Below are positions 26,519 to 35,743 of a DNA stretch of 45,944 nt, piece by piece; position 1 is the first letter of the stretch; the number at the start of each line of letters is the position of its first letter. Source of the stretch: a virus (lineage: Duplodnaviria; Caudoviricetes). The translations under genes were made by a program, and so were the position numbers. Location of the stretch: positions 1-45,944 of the IMG/VR virus record IMGVR_UViG_3300042401_002914. One strand, given 5' to 3'. The notes under the pieces are model-generated. The model made no database searches. It had not been told where the DNA came from and saw only the letters and a list, made by a program, of their open reading frames with translations.

Positions 26519-27667
26519 ATGCTTAATAAAATATTCCAACATTGTGGAGTGGAAGAGTATTCTTCTAAAGAGGACTTCCCTGAAAATTTCTATCCTGTGC
26601 CTTTTGATTACATAGTATACCAAACAGGATCAGAGAAGAAATCTCAAATTTATGATTATAGTTCGGAGGTTATCCCTATGATTGATAATTTTTTGAGGAT
26701 CACAGGAATTCAAGTAGTCCAAGTGGGGGACAAGGAAGATCCTTTCGTCTTAAATTCTTTAGATTTAAGAGGACATCTAACAGTAAGACAATTAGCATAT
26801 GTGATCAAAAATAGTAGACTTTGTGTATCTTCTAATCAATTTACAGCTAAATTATGTAGAGTTTACAACAAAGAACTAATCCTTCTCGGAAGCAACTACC
26901 CTAGTAAGTATGTAGTCCCTTCTTTTGACAAGGTTCTTTATATTGAACCTGAATTAAAAACTGCAAGATGGAATTATAAAAAAGATGAATGGCCAAAAAC
27001 TATAAATAGTATAAAACCGGAAATAATAGCTAATGCAATTTTAGATAAAGTAGGGATAACGGATTCTGTAAATTATAAAACATTATATATCGGAGAGAAA
27101 TATGGTCCTAGATTTTTGAATTTTATTCCTGATGGAGGTTTTCCTAAAGATTTAGTTAATACTCCTTTTAATATACGTCTTGATATTTTTGATAATCAAG
27201 AGTGTCTTGCCCCTATCTTAAGCATAACTAAAGCAGATATAAGCACTAAAAAACCTTTAGATTTAAATTCTTTAAATATTCAAAATATAAAATCTATTGT
27301 TTATTTTTGCGATGAAAGTTTTGATATTGATTTCATCAAGAATTGTATTTCAAATCTCATAAGTTTAATAGTTATTTGTTCTAACGATAATTTATTGAAT
27401 CATTTAAGGCTTGAAACTCTAGGTATATGTACTGTATATAAAAAATCAAAAGAAAAACCTCTTGACATATTAGAAAATAAGGGTATGCTATTTAAATCAA
27501 ATAGAATTTATATAGCTCGTGGGAAAACATATGCATCTATTTATCATTATAAAAATGATTTAGACTTTAAGTCTTTCCCTATAGAACTAAATGAAAATTT
27601 CATCAATGATGAAGATTTCTTGGAGAACAAAGATTATACTTTAATATTTAAAAATGAATCTAAATAA
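26519..27667 (+). CDS. GT9 (heptosyltransferase-like) C-domain protein with extension
   Basis: YIVYQTGS, VVQVG, DLRGHLTVRQLAYVIKNSRLCVS. Confidence 0.65.
   Translation: MLNKIFQHCGVEEYSSKEDFPENFYPVPFDYIVYQTGSEKKSQIYDYSSEVIPMIDNFLRITGIQVVQVGDKEDPFVLNSLDLRGHLTVRQLAYVIKNSRLCVSSNQFTAKLCRVYNKELILLGSNYPSKYVVPSFDKVLYIEPELKTARWNYKKDEWPKTINSIKPEIIANAILDKVGITDSVNYKTLYIGEKYGPRFLNFIPDGGFPKDLVNTPFNIRLDIFDNQECLAPILSITKADISTKKPLDLNSLNIQNIKSIVYFCDESFDIDFIKNCISNLISLIVICSNDNLLNHLRLETLGICTVYKKSKEKPLDILENKGMLFKSNRIYIARGKTYASIYHYKNDLDFKSFPIELNENFINDEDFLENKDYTLIFKNESK
27462..27489 (+). promoter_or_regulatory. Internal sigma70-like promoter TTGACA-N16-TATGCT
   Basis: Inside the 3' end of the GT9-like ORF, upstream of 27654. 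Confidence 0.4.
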
Positions 27668-27974
27668 AATATTCACTAATAAAAATAAGTGGTTGCAAAA
27701 CGGAAGAGCTTTAAATAAAGATGGCTCTAATTTTTCATTTACTAGAAAATGGAAAGAAGATGTGAAAGAGCCTGTTGCTTTTTCTCTTCATGGAGCTGTT
27801 ACTTATTTTTCAGAGCCTGAATCTCAATCTCGCTCAAAAGTAATGTCTAAATTATCAAAAGCTATTGGATTGTATACTGGCAAAAGTTTTTTTGTTGCAG
27901 AATTCAATGATAGTCCAGATACTTCTTTTGAAGATATCTTGAATGTTATAAAAATTTACAATAAACTACAGTAG
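27654..27974 (+). CDS. DUF6197-like protein
   Basis: W.Q...A...DG...SL.GA...FND...T.FEDI..V pattern. Confidence 0.55.
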   Translation: MNLNKIFTNKNKWLQNGRALNKDGSNFSFTRKWKEDVKEPVAFSLHGAVTYFSEPESQSRSKVMSKLSKAIGLYTGKSFFVAEFNDSPDTSFEDILNVIKIYNKLQ

Positions 27975-27979
27975 ACATT

Positions 27980-28834
27980 ATGTTGAAATCTAGTAAAAAT
28001 TCTGACATTAAAGACTCTCAAGAGGAAACCCTTAAAAAACCTTCTAAAAAAAGAGATATAGCTCCTGCTAAAACAGGTTTGGATTCTCCTGTTGTATTTG
28101 TACAGCCTGAAGATGGAGGATTCAAACCAATAAGGAATGAAGCTGGCCTTCTTAATAATATTAATTACCCTCTAAAATCTAATGGGCTTATAGATTGGAG
28201 GAAACTTATCCCAAGAGAGCATATTGTTTTGAATAAATATAATTTTGCTGCAAGAGCAATCTCTTTGGATGACTTAAGTCAAGAAGATCTTGATAGACTA
28301 ATAGATGAATCTCCAGAAGAAGATCTTGTAATTAAATTGGCAGGGTTTAGAGAGTTAGCTTCGATTAGAGGATATTCTTTAATTGATCCTATTCCAGTGT
28401 CTTCTTCTGGTGACAGCGTTACAATGAAAGTCGTAATTAAGTGGATACCAAATATAGAAAATCCTTTGGAAATGACAGTGGGAGCTACAGCTAATGCATC
28501 CACTTCTAATACTGATGAAAAGTTTTCTAAATTTTTAGAAACAATTGCTGAAAATAGAGCTTTTATTAGAGCGGTCAGGCATTCTTTAGGTATTATATCT
28601 CTTGGCCAAGATGAGATGAAGCAAGAAGATGTGAGAGCAGAAGCTCAAACTGTAAAGATACAATCTTTATTGTCTCAGCATTTAGATAAGTATTCCATGG
28701 ATGTGGATTCTTTGAAAGAATTAGCTACTGTAGAAGGTTTTGAATGGAATTCTAAGTGGACTACAGTTGATAGAGTTGATCCAGCAGCTGCTATGAGTTT
28801 TATTGCTATATTAAAATCTAAATACAATAAATAA
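27980..28834 (+). CDS. Putative single-strand annealing protein (Rad52/Sak-like)
   Basis: IKLAG..ELA..RG, ANAS, TIAENRAFIRAVR..LGI motif; replication context. Confidence 0.55.
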   Translation: MLKSSKNSDIKDSQEETLKKPSKKRDIAPAKTGLDSPVVFVQPEDGGFKPIRNEAGLLNNINYPLKSNGLIDWRKLIPREHIVLNKYNFAARAISLDDLSQEDLDRLIDESPEEDLVIKLAGFRELASIRGYSLIDPIPVSSSGDSVTMKVVIKWIPNIENPLEMTVGATANASTSNTDEKFSKFLETIAENRAFIRAVRHSLGIISLGQDEMKQEDVRAEAQTVKIQSLLSQHLDKYSMDVDSLKELATVEGFEWNSKWTTVDRVDPAAAMSFIAILKSKYNK

Positions 28835-29400
28835 TGATTCTAACAACTTTTTACCCTCACCAAAAAGAAGAAAATTTAAGAGAGTTTATTCAAAAAAATA
28901 ATTCTGAAATAGTAGTTTTATCTTATAAGCCTTTGAGGGATATCTCTCATGGTTTAGTTAATTTCGGAAATATTCCTCCTCAAGATGATTCTCTAAATGT
29001 TTTTCTTTCTGTATTGTCTTCTGGTAAAGTTCAGAGCGAAATCTTTACATTGATAGATTGGGAAATTATTAATATGTACTCTTCTTTAGAAGTTGAAACC
29101 TCTAAATTGAAAATGACTAAAGAGGAATTCGAAATAGTACAAGAAAATATTCCTGTTCAAGATTTTAGACTTCATCCTTACATGGGTAATCTTTTGAAGA
29201 TTTGCCATGATCTTAAATTACCCGGAGAGGATAGACTTTTTTCGGAAAATCCTTTATTAATTCTTCCTAAAATTTTGAGGGGTAGTAAAAATAAACTGAT
29301 AGAAGCTTTAAATCAATTTTCTGCTATTAGAGAATCTTTTAAGAGTCAAACTTTTTGCGGATGTATTCCTATATTTAACTCTCAATTTTCTGTAAAATGA
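28834..29400 (+). CDS. Hypothetical protein
   Basis: 188-aa ORF translationally coupled to both neighbours. Confidence 0.6.
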   Translation: MILTTFYPHQKEENLREFIQKNNSEIVVLSYKPLRDISHGLVNFGNIPPQDDSLNVFLSVLSSGKVQSEIFTLIDWEIINMYSSLEVETSKLKMTKEEFEIVQENIPVQDFRLHPYMGNLLKICHDLKLPGEDRLFSENPLLILPKILRGSKNKLIEALNQFSAIRESFKSQTFCGCIPIFNSQFSVK

Positions 29401-29849
29401 TCCTAGAAGAAAAGGTAAAAAATTTTTGTTTAACAGGCGATTACTCTATGGGAAAGGATATCCTTGAGCAGTCTTATAAACTTGCTAATACTATAGTTTC
29501 CAATAAGTATAAAAATTTTGGATATACAGAGGATCTATTGTCTGAATCTCATGATGCTATAATTTCGGCTATTTATGCTTTTAATCCAGATAATAAAACT
29601 AAATTTTTAACATTTTGTTCTGTTTGTATTAATAATAGAATACAAAATTTTATAAAGAGAAAAAAAGTATCTTATAAATATGTTTCTAATTCCAAAGATC
29701 AATCTTTTTCTGATTTAGAAGGTTTAGATATTTTAAATTCTCTGAAAAGCTTAAGCAAGAATCATTTTAATTGTTTAACAAAAGGAGAAGGGTCTAGGTC
29801 TATGAAGTTCAGAGCAAAAAGAAAACTTATAAATGGTATAATAGATTAA
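29397..29849 (+). CDS. Small sigma70-family sigma factor (region 2)
   Basis: EDLLSE...AII.AI..FNPD..TKF.TF...CI.NRI.NFIKR, a region 2.2-2.4 pattern. Confidence 0.75.
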   Translation: MILEEKVKNFCLTGDYSMGKDILEQSYKLANTIVSNKYKNFGYTEDLLSESHDAIISAIYAFNPDNKTKFLTFCSVCINNRIQNFIKRKKVSYKYVSNSKDQSFSDLEGLDILNSLKSLSKNHFNCLTKGEGSRSMKFRAKRKLINGIID

Positions 29850-29852
29850 TAT

Positions 29853-30185
29853 ATGTCTGAAAATAAAAATGCAGTAGAAAATGTCTTAGAACTTATAGAG
29901 AAAGTTTTTCCTAATAGTTCAGAAAAAATCTCCACGATAGCCTTTGTTAATTGGCATAATATTCTTAATCATTCAGCTTTAGAAGGGATGGATGAAAAAG
30001 AAACTTTATTCAGCTGTAATTTAATTCTATCTTTAGCATCTCTTCATTTCTCCGAAAAATGTCAAGAGATAAGTGATATATCAGATTCTCTTAAAGAGGT
30101 TTCTTTTGAAGATACAATTACTTTTCTTCAAGAGGACTCAGATGAAAATGAAGAAGATGAAGATGACGAAAACCTTTTTGAATAA
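29853..30185 (+). CDS. Acidic hypothetical protein
   Basis: 110 aa with a highly acidic C-terminus. Confidence 0.6.
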   Translation: MSENKNAVENVLELIEKVFPNSSEKISTIAFVNWHNILNHSALEGMDEKETLFSCNLILSLASLHFSEKCQEISDISDSLKEVSFEDTITFLQEDSDENEEDEDDENLFE

Positions 30186-30187
30186 CA

Positions 30188-30586
30188 ATGAGTAGAATAC
30201 TTTGGGAAGAATATGCTTTAAAATTAGCAGAAACAGCATCTTTAAGATCTGAAGATCCATATGTAAAATGTGGAGCTTGTATTTTAAGACATGATAATAG
30301 TGTAGCTGGATTAGGTTATAATGGCTCTATACCGGGTCACGATATAGATTGGTCTTGTAGAGACGGTCGCAGGCCATTTGTTTCTCATGCTGAGAGATCA
30401 GCATTAAGATATTGTAAACCGGGAGAGGGAAAACTGATAGCGGTTACACTGTCTCCTTGCGAGAGCTGTATTATGGACATCGCAATGTATGGAATAAAAC
30501 AGGTATTTTTTAGAGATTTCTATGAAAAAGGAGAAAAGTCTTTTGAAATAGCTCATAAATTTGACATAAAAATGATTCAAATTTAG
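30188..30586 (+). CDS. dCMP deaminase (ComEB-like)
   Basis: RSEDP..K.GACI, GYNG, HAE.SA, TLSPCESC. Confidence 0.9.
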   Translation: MSRILWEEYALKLAETASLRSEDPYVKCGACILRHDNSVAGLGYNGSIPGHDIDWSCRDGRRPFVSHAERSALRYCKPGEGKLIAVTLSPCESCIMDIAMYGIKQVFFRDFYEKGEKSFEIAHKFDIKMIQI

Positions 30587-30614
30587 TTGACAGATTAAAC
30601 AATTTTTGTATATT
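30587..30614 (+). promoter_or_regulatory. sigma70-like promoter TTGACA-N16-TATATT
   Basis: The -10 ends 5 nt before ATG 30620, suggesting a leaderless transcript. Confidence 0.5.
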
Positions 30615-30619
30615 TAATT

Positions 30620-31909
30620 ATGACACTCTCTACTTCTAAAGATTATAATTCAAATTATTTAGCTCAAATTTTAAAATTGGATTCTGTTTATCCTCATCCT
30701 AATGCTGATAAATTGCAATTGGCAGAGATACAGAATTCAGTTGTCGTTACCGACTTGTCTTCTAAAGTTGGGGATATTTATGTATACTGTCCTGTCGAAA
30801 GTCAAATCTCTTCTAAGTTTTTGTCTTGGAGTAATTCTTTTAGAGATCCTCTTTTAAATCAGGACAAGACCATCAAAGGTTTTTTCGATGCTAAAGGTAG
30901 AGTCAAAATGATAAAATTGAGAGGAGAATATTCTAATGGATATATTATCTCTTTTGAAAAATTTTCTGAATTTGTCTCTAGTGAATATGGAGTGTTTTTA
31001 AAAGATGTCGAAGAGAATATTTCTTTTGATACCATTTGTGGTGAATTATTTATTTCTAAATATGAGCCTCCTATTCAAGAGAGTAGTTCTCCATCTACGA
31101 AAACAAAAGTTAAAAAATTTGACAGATTAGTAGAGAATCAATTTAGACTCCATTCTGATACGGAAAACTTGAGAAAAGAAATCTATAAGATTAATCCTGA
31201 AGATTATATTTCTATTACAAATAAATATCATGGAAGCAATGGCGTCGTAGCTAATGTTTTAATCAAGCGCCGTCTTTCTCTCTTAGAAAAGCTTGTTAAG
31301 TTTCTGGGATTCAAAGTGTCAGAAGAAGAATATGGGATGCTGTATGCTTCTAGAAATGTAATTAAAAATAAAGATATTGCAATCGGAGTTTCAAAAGGTT
31401 TTTATAAAGAGGATATTTGGAAGTCTGTTGCTGATGAAGTTTATCCAAAGCTGGATAAGGGTATCTCTGTTTATGGAGAGGTAATTGGCTGGGTAAATGG
31501 ACAGTCAATGATCCAAACTCCATATGATTATGGAATTCTTAAAGGACAAAGAGATTTTCTAGTATTCAGAATTGATTATACTAATCAAGATGGAGAAGTT
31601 ATTTCTTTTTCTCATGAACAGATTCAAGCTTATTGTAAGAAGAAACAGTTAAAAACTCCAGAAACTTACTATTATGGGAAAGCTAAGGATTTATTTGATA
31701 TTCCTTCTGACTCTCCTGAATGGGGTAAAACTTTCTTAAAGAGATTAGAAGGCGAGTATCTAGATAAAGTAGATCCTTTATGCTCCACTGAACTCCCAAT
31801 GGAAGGTATAGTTGTTTCTCGACAGGTTCCTTTTAAATGGGAGGCTTATAAACTCAAGGATCTTAAATTCTTGGGATTGGAAACTCAAATATTAGATAAT
31901 GCAGAATAA
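30620..31909 (+). CDS. RNA ligase with N-terminal OB/tRNA-binding-like domain (DRB0094-like)
   Basis: HPNADKLQL N-domain; motif I TNKYHGSN, YGEVIG, FLVFRI, EGIVV, YKLK. Confidence 0.8.
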   Translation: MTLSTSKDYNSNYLAQILKLDSVYPHPNADKLQLAEIQNSVVVTDLSSKVGDIYVYCPVESQISSKFLSWSNSFRDPLLNQDKTIKGFFDAKGRVKMIKLRGEYSNGYIISFEKFSEFVSSEYGVFLKDVEENISFDTICGELFISKYEPPIQESSSPSTKTKVKKFDRLVENQFRLHSDTENLRKEIYKINPEDYISITNKYHGSNGVVANVLIKRRLSLLEKLVKFLGFKVSEEEYGMLYASRNVIKNKDIAIGVSKGFYKEDIWKSVADEVYPKLDKGISVYGEVIGWVNGQSMIQTPYDYGILKGQRDFLVFRIDYTNQDGEVISFSHEQIQAYCKKKQLKTPETYYYGKAKDLFDIPSDSPEWGKTFLKRLEGEYLDKVDPLCSTELPMEGIVVSRQVPFKWEAYKLKDLKFLGLETQILDNAE

Positions 31910-31921
31910 TATATCATAAAT

Positions 31922-32752
31922 ATGAAGTATACATTTATATCAGATGAATTTTATGAAGATGGTTTTTTAGGAGGGGGAGAAACTTGTAATAAAGAACTGA
32001 TTAATTGTCTTTTAAAAAAAGGGCATTCAGTAGAGAAAATTTATTCATTTTTCTGTTCTCCTGATTTTATATCTAAATGTGACTCAGATATTATTATTAT
32101 AGGTAATTTTGCAGGATTGCCTCCTGATTCTGTTAATACTCTAAAAAATAGAAAATATATTATATACGAGCATGATCATAAATTTTTAAGAAGTCGTGAT
32201 CCAAGTATATATGAGAATTTTGTAGCTCCAAAAAATGAAATTATCAATTATAATTTTTATAAAAATTCCTACAAAATAGTAGCTCAAAGCTCTACTCACA
32301 AAAAGGTAATTGAGCTAAATTTAGAATTAGACAATGTGGAGTCATGTGTTAATCTTTGGTCTGAAGACGATTTGATTAACCTAGAATCTTTTCAAAGTGT
32401 AGGAAAAAAATATGATGCATGTTTCATGAATCATCTATATGAACAAAAAAATGCAAAAGGAGCAAAAGATTTTTGTTTAAAAAATAATTATAATTATATA
32501 TCAATAAATCATAATACAGAACATAAAAAATTCTGTGAAATTTTGGCTTCTTCTAGAAATTTTGTGTTCTTCCCTAAAGTTTTTGAAACTCTATCTAGAG
32601 TTTGTATTGAAGCTAATTGTTTAAATACTGATATAATAGGAAATCAAAATATAGCATATCTTTTAGAAAGCTGGAGTAGCTTAAGAGGATTAGAATTAAT
32701 AAATTTCCTTAGAGAATCAAAAGATAAAGCTGTAAAAATATTTGAGAATTAA
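31922..32752 (+). CDS. GT-B glycosyltransferase-like protein
   Basis: GGGE N-terminal motif; FVFFP...ETLSRVCIEA. Confidence 0.7.
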   Translation: MKYTFISDEFYEDGFLGGGETCNKELINCLLKKGHSVEKIYSFFCSPDFISKCDSDIIIIGNFAGLPPDSVNTLKNRKYIIYEHDHKFLRSRDPSIYENFVAPKNEIINYNFYKNSYKIVAQSSTHKKVIELNLELDNVESCVNLWSEDDLINLESFQSVGKKYDACFMNHLYEQKNAKGAKDFCLKNNYNYISINHNTEHKKFCEILASSRNFVFFPKVFETLSRVCIEANCLNTDIIGNQNIAYLLESWSSLRGLELINFLRESKDKAVKIFEN

Positions 32753-33448
32753 ATGAAAAGTATATGTAGTTTTTTTGATAAGGTTTATTGTATCAATCTT
32801 GAAGAAAGAAAAGATAGATGGATTTTATGCGAAGAGAAATTTAAAGAATACGGTATTACTAATTATGTAAGATTTAATGGAGTTAAAGTAAATGGCAATT
32901 TAAGTCCTAAAAAATTAGGTCAAATAGGTTGTACAGCTTCTTTTTATAATGTTTTTAAAGATGCTTTTGAAAATAATTATAATAAAATTTTAGTTTTAGA
33001 AGATGATTTTAACTTTATCGTATCTAAAAATGAAATTATAAATAATTTAGAGAAAGCTTTTGAAGAAATGCCCGAAGATTGGGATATGCTTTATTTAGGG
33101 GCAAACGTAATGAATGAAATAATGCCGAATCCTATTGAGAGATATTCTGAAAACTTACTTAAAGTAAACAGTGCTTACGCTTTGCATAGTGTATGTTTTT
33201 CTAAAAATTCCCTTCGTAAAATTGTAAACTTTTTTGATGGAAAAGGAGATTGGATGGAAAATTGTATGAAAAATTATGATTGCATGGATGTTCTTTTTGC
33301 TAAAGATTTCCAAATTTCTAATAAATGTTTTATATGGAAGGATATTTTATGTTTACAAGATCCCAGTTTTTCATCTATAGAAAATACATTTTTTGATTAT
33401 ACAGATTTGATGTGTACTCGCTTTGATTATTTTAAATCTCTCTTATGA
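32753..33448 (+). CDS. Glycosyltransferase family 25, paralog 1
   Basis: YCINLEERKDR, GQIGC..S, LVLEDD, WDMLYLG. Confidence 0.85.
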   Translation: MKSICSFFDKVYCINLEERKDRWILCEEKFKEYGITNYVRFNGVKVNGNLSPKKLGQIGCTASFYNVFKDAFENNYNKILVLEDDFNFIVSKNEIINNLEKAFEEMPEDWDMLYLGANVMNEIMPNPIERYSENLLKVNSAYALHSVCFSKNSLRKIVNFFDGKGDWMENCMKNYDCMDVLFAKDFQISNKCFIWKDILCLQDPSFSSIENTFFDYTDLMCTRFDYFKSLL

Positions 33449-34149
33449 ACGTCTTTGATTTCTTTGAAAAGATATATCTTATAAACCTTGAAGAAAGAAA
33501 AGATAGATTAGAAAAATCTTTAATAAATTTCAATAATTATGGAATAATTAATTTTGAAAAATTTAATGGGGTAAAATTAAATAATAATGATTATACTTCT
33601 TTATCGGAAAAAGATAAAAGTCAACTAGGCTGTTCTTTATCTTTTTACAGAGTAATAAATGATGCTTATTTAAAAAACTTTAATTCAATATTAATTTTTG
33701 AAGATGATTTTGAATTTATTCATAATAAGGAAGATACAGATTTATTTTTAAAAAGATCTATAGAAAATCTTCCTTTTGATTGGGATATTTTTTATTTAGG
33801 CGCTAATATAATGTATGACTATACAAACTTTCCTATAGAAAAATTCTCAGATAATCTTTTCAAATTGAATAGTGCTTATTGTTGTCATGCTATTTCTTTT
33901 TCAAGGAAAGGTATCTTGAAAATATTAGAAATTTTTCCTAATGAGTCTGTTTTCATTGAAGCTATGAATTCTTACAAAATATTTGATATTTTCTTGGCTC
34001 AGTATTTTTGTTTTAATAATTCTTGTTTTATTTGCAGCGAAATGTTATGCACCCAAACTCCCGGTTTCTCTTCTATAGAGAATTGCATGAGTGATTATTC
34101 TGATTTAAAAAATAGACATCAAAATGCAATTAATAGTTTAAATTCTTAA
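33445..34149 (+). CDS. Glycosyltransferase family 25, paralog 2
   Basis: YLINLEERKDR, QLGCSLS, LIFEDD, WDIFYLG. Confidence 0.85.
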   Translation: MNVFDFFEKIYLINLEERKDRLEKSLINFNNYGIINFEKFNGVKLNNNDYTSLSEKDKSQLGCSLSFYRVINDAYLKNFNSILIFEDDFEFIHNKEDTDLFLKRSIENLPFDWDIFYLGANIMYDYTNFPIEKFSDNLFKLNSAYCCHAISFSRKGILKILEIFPNESVFIEAMNSYKIFDIFLAQYFCFNNSCFICSEMLCTQTPGFSSIENCMSDYSDLKNRHQNAINSLNS

Positions 34150-34158
34150 TATAATAAA

Positions 34159-34914
34159 ATGATAACTTGTTTTCTTCAGGGGGGTTTAGGGAATCAAATG
34201 TTTCAGATTTCGAATGTAATATCAGAATCTAGAAAATATTTAATTGAATGTAAATTTAAATCAGAGGCTTATACTCCAATGCAGGCCTTTCAGCCATCTA
34301 AATATGCTAATAATATTTTTAGAAATATTGATTTATCTCTGACAGAGGAAGAATATAATAATGCTTTTATTCTGACTGGATATTTTCAAAGTGTTAATTA
34401 CTTTAAAGAAATCGAAAATGAAATTAAAGAAATATTTTCTCCATCTTCTGATTTTTTAAATAAAATATATCAATTATATCCAGAATTATCTTATGATAAT
34501 ACTCTATCTATTCATATAAGAAGAGGGGACTATTTGACTATACCGGATATACTTCCTATTGTGGATATTTCTTATATAAATAAAGCTATAGATATAATAG
34601 GCAAATATAGTAAAGTTTTTATTTTTTCAGATGATAAAGCTTGGGCTAAAGAAAATTTAAATAATGAAAATTTTATAGTAGTTGAAAACTTAGACGACTA
34701 TGAGGAATTATGGATGATGAGCTTATGTAAAAATAATATTATATCAAATTCTACATTTTCTTGGTGGGGTTCTTTTCTAAATAAAAATTTAGATAAAAAA
34801 ATTATAGCTCCTAGTTTATGGACTGGACCTAATGGTCCTAGTATGGATGAAATATATTTAGATAATTTTATTATAGTGCCAGTTTTTTATGATGGGGGTT
34901 TTTTAAAAGTATGA
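34159..34914 (+). CDS. Alpha-1,2-fucosyltransferase (GT11)
   Basis: GGLGNQMFQ, GYFQS..YF, SIHIRRGDY, FSDD, IISNSTFSWWG. Confidence 0.9.
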   Translation: MITCFLQGGLGNQMFQISNVISESRKYLIECKFKSEAYTPMQAFQPSKYANNIFRNIDLSLTEEEYNNAFILTGYFQSVNYFKEIENEIKEIFSPSSDFLNKIYQLYPELSYDNTLSIHIRRGDYLTIPDILPIVDISYINKAIDIIGKYSKVFIFSDDKAWAKENLNNENFIVVENLDDYEELWMMSLCKNNIISNSTFSWWGSFLNKNLDKKIIAPSLWTGPNGPSMDEIYLDNFIIVPVFYDGGFLKV

Positions 34915-35717
34915 ATAAAATTAATATGATATCAAGATGTTTTTCACATGCGAATTCATCTTGTCATAATTGCTATACTGAATTATTTAGTTGGGATTTT
35001 GAAACAAAAAATTCTAAAGTTTCTGTTTATATAGATTCTGATTTAACTATAGCTTTAAATGATACGGACGATAAAATTAAATTTTTATGGTTATTAGAAT
35101 CTCCTGAATTTAATGGAGGAGCTATAGAAATAGTTAAGAATAATATAAAACTCATAGAGGATACTTTTGAAGCTGTATTTACTTATAGCGATGAAATATC
35201 TTCTTTAAGTAATAAATTCCATAAAGTCTTTACTACTAATTCGTGGATAAAAAAACCTAAAGTGTACAATAAATCTAAACTTATTTCTATGATTACTTCT
35301 AATAAAGTATGGACAGAGCAACAGAAATACAGAGTAGATTTTGCTGAAAAGAATAAATCTATAATAGATATATATGGAAGAGGATTTAAAGAGATAGAAG
35401 AAAAAGAAGAAGGTCTTCAAGATTATATGTTTTCTATTTGTATAGAAAATATTACTTATGATTCTTATTTCACAGAGAAAATCTTAGATTGTTTTGCTAC
35501 AGGAACTATACCGGTATACAAAGGATCAAAGAAAATCTTAGATTATTACGATGCAAAAGGCATAATATTTTTAGAAGATTTGTCAGACTTATCAGATTTA
35601 ACTGCTGAACTTTATTTTTCAAAAATCGAATCTGTAAATAGAAACTTCAATACTCTTAGAAAGTATATACTTGTAGATGATTTTATTTATAAAAACTTTC
35701 TTTCTAAATATTTGTAA
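34911..35717 (+). CDS. Alpha-1,3/4-fucosyltransferase-like (GT10)
   Basis: YMFSICIEN....YFTEKILDCF..GTIPVY.G. Confidence 0.85.
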   Translation: MNKINMISRCFSHANSSCHNCYTELFSWDFETKNSKVSVYIDSDLTIALNDTDDKIKFLWLLESPEFNGGAIEIVKNNIKLIEDTFEAVFTYSDEISSLSNKFHKVFTTNSWIKKPKVYNKSKLISMITSNKVWTEQQKYRVDFAEKNKSIIDIYGRGFKEIEEKEEGLQDYMFSICIENITYDSYFTEKILDCFATGTIPVYKGSKKILDYYDAKGIIFLEDLSDLSDLTAELYFSKIESVNRNFNTLRKYILVDDFIYKNFLSKYL

Positions 35718-35743
35718 TCTTAATATATCTTAAATTCATAAAA

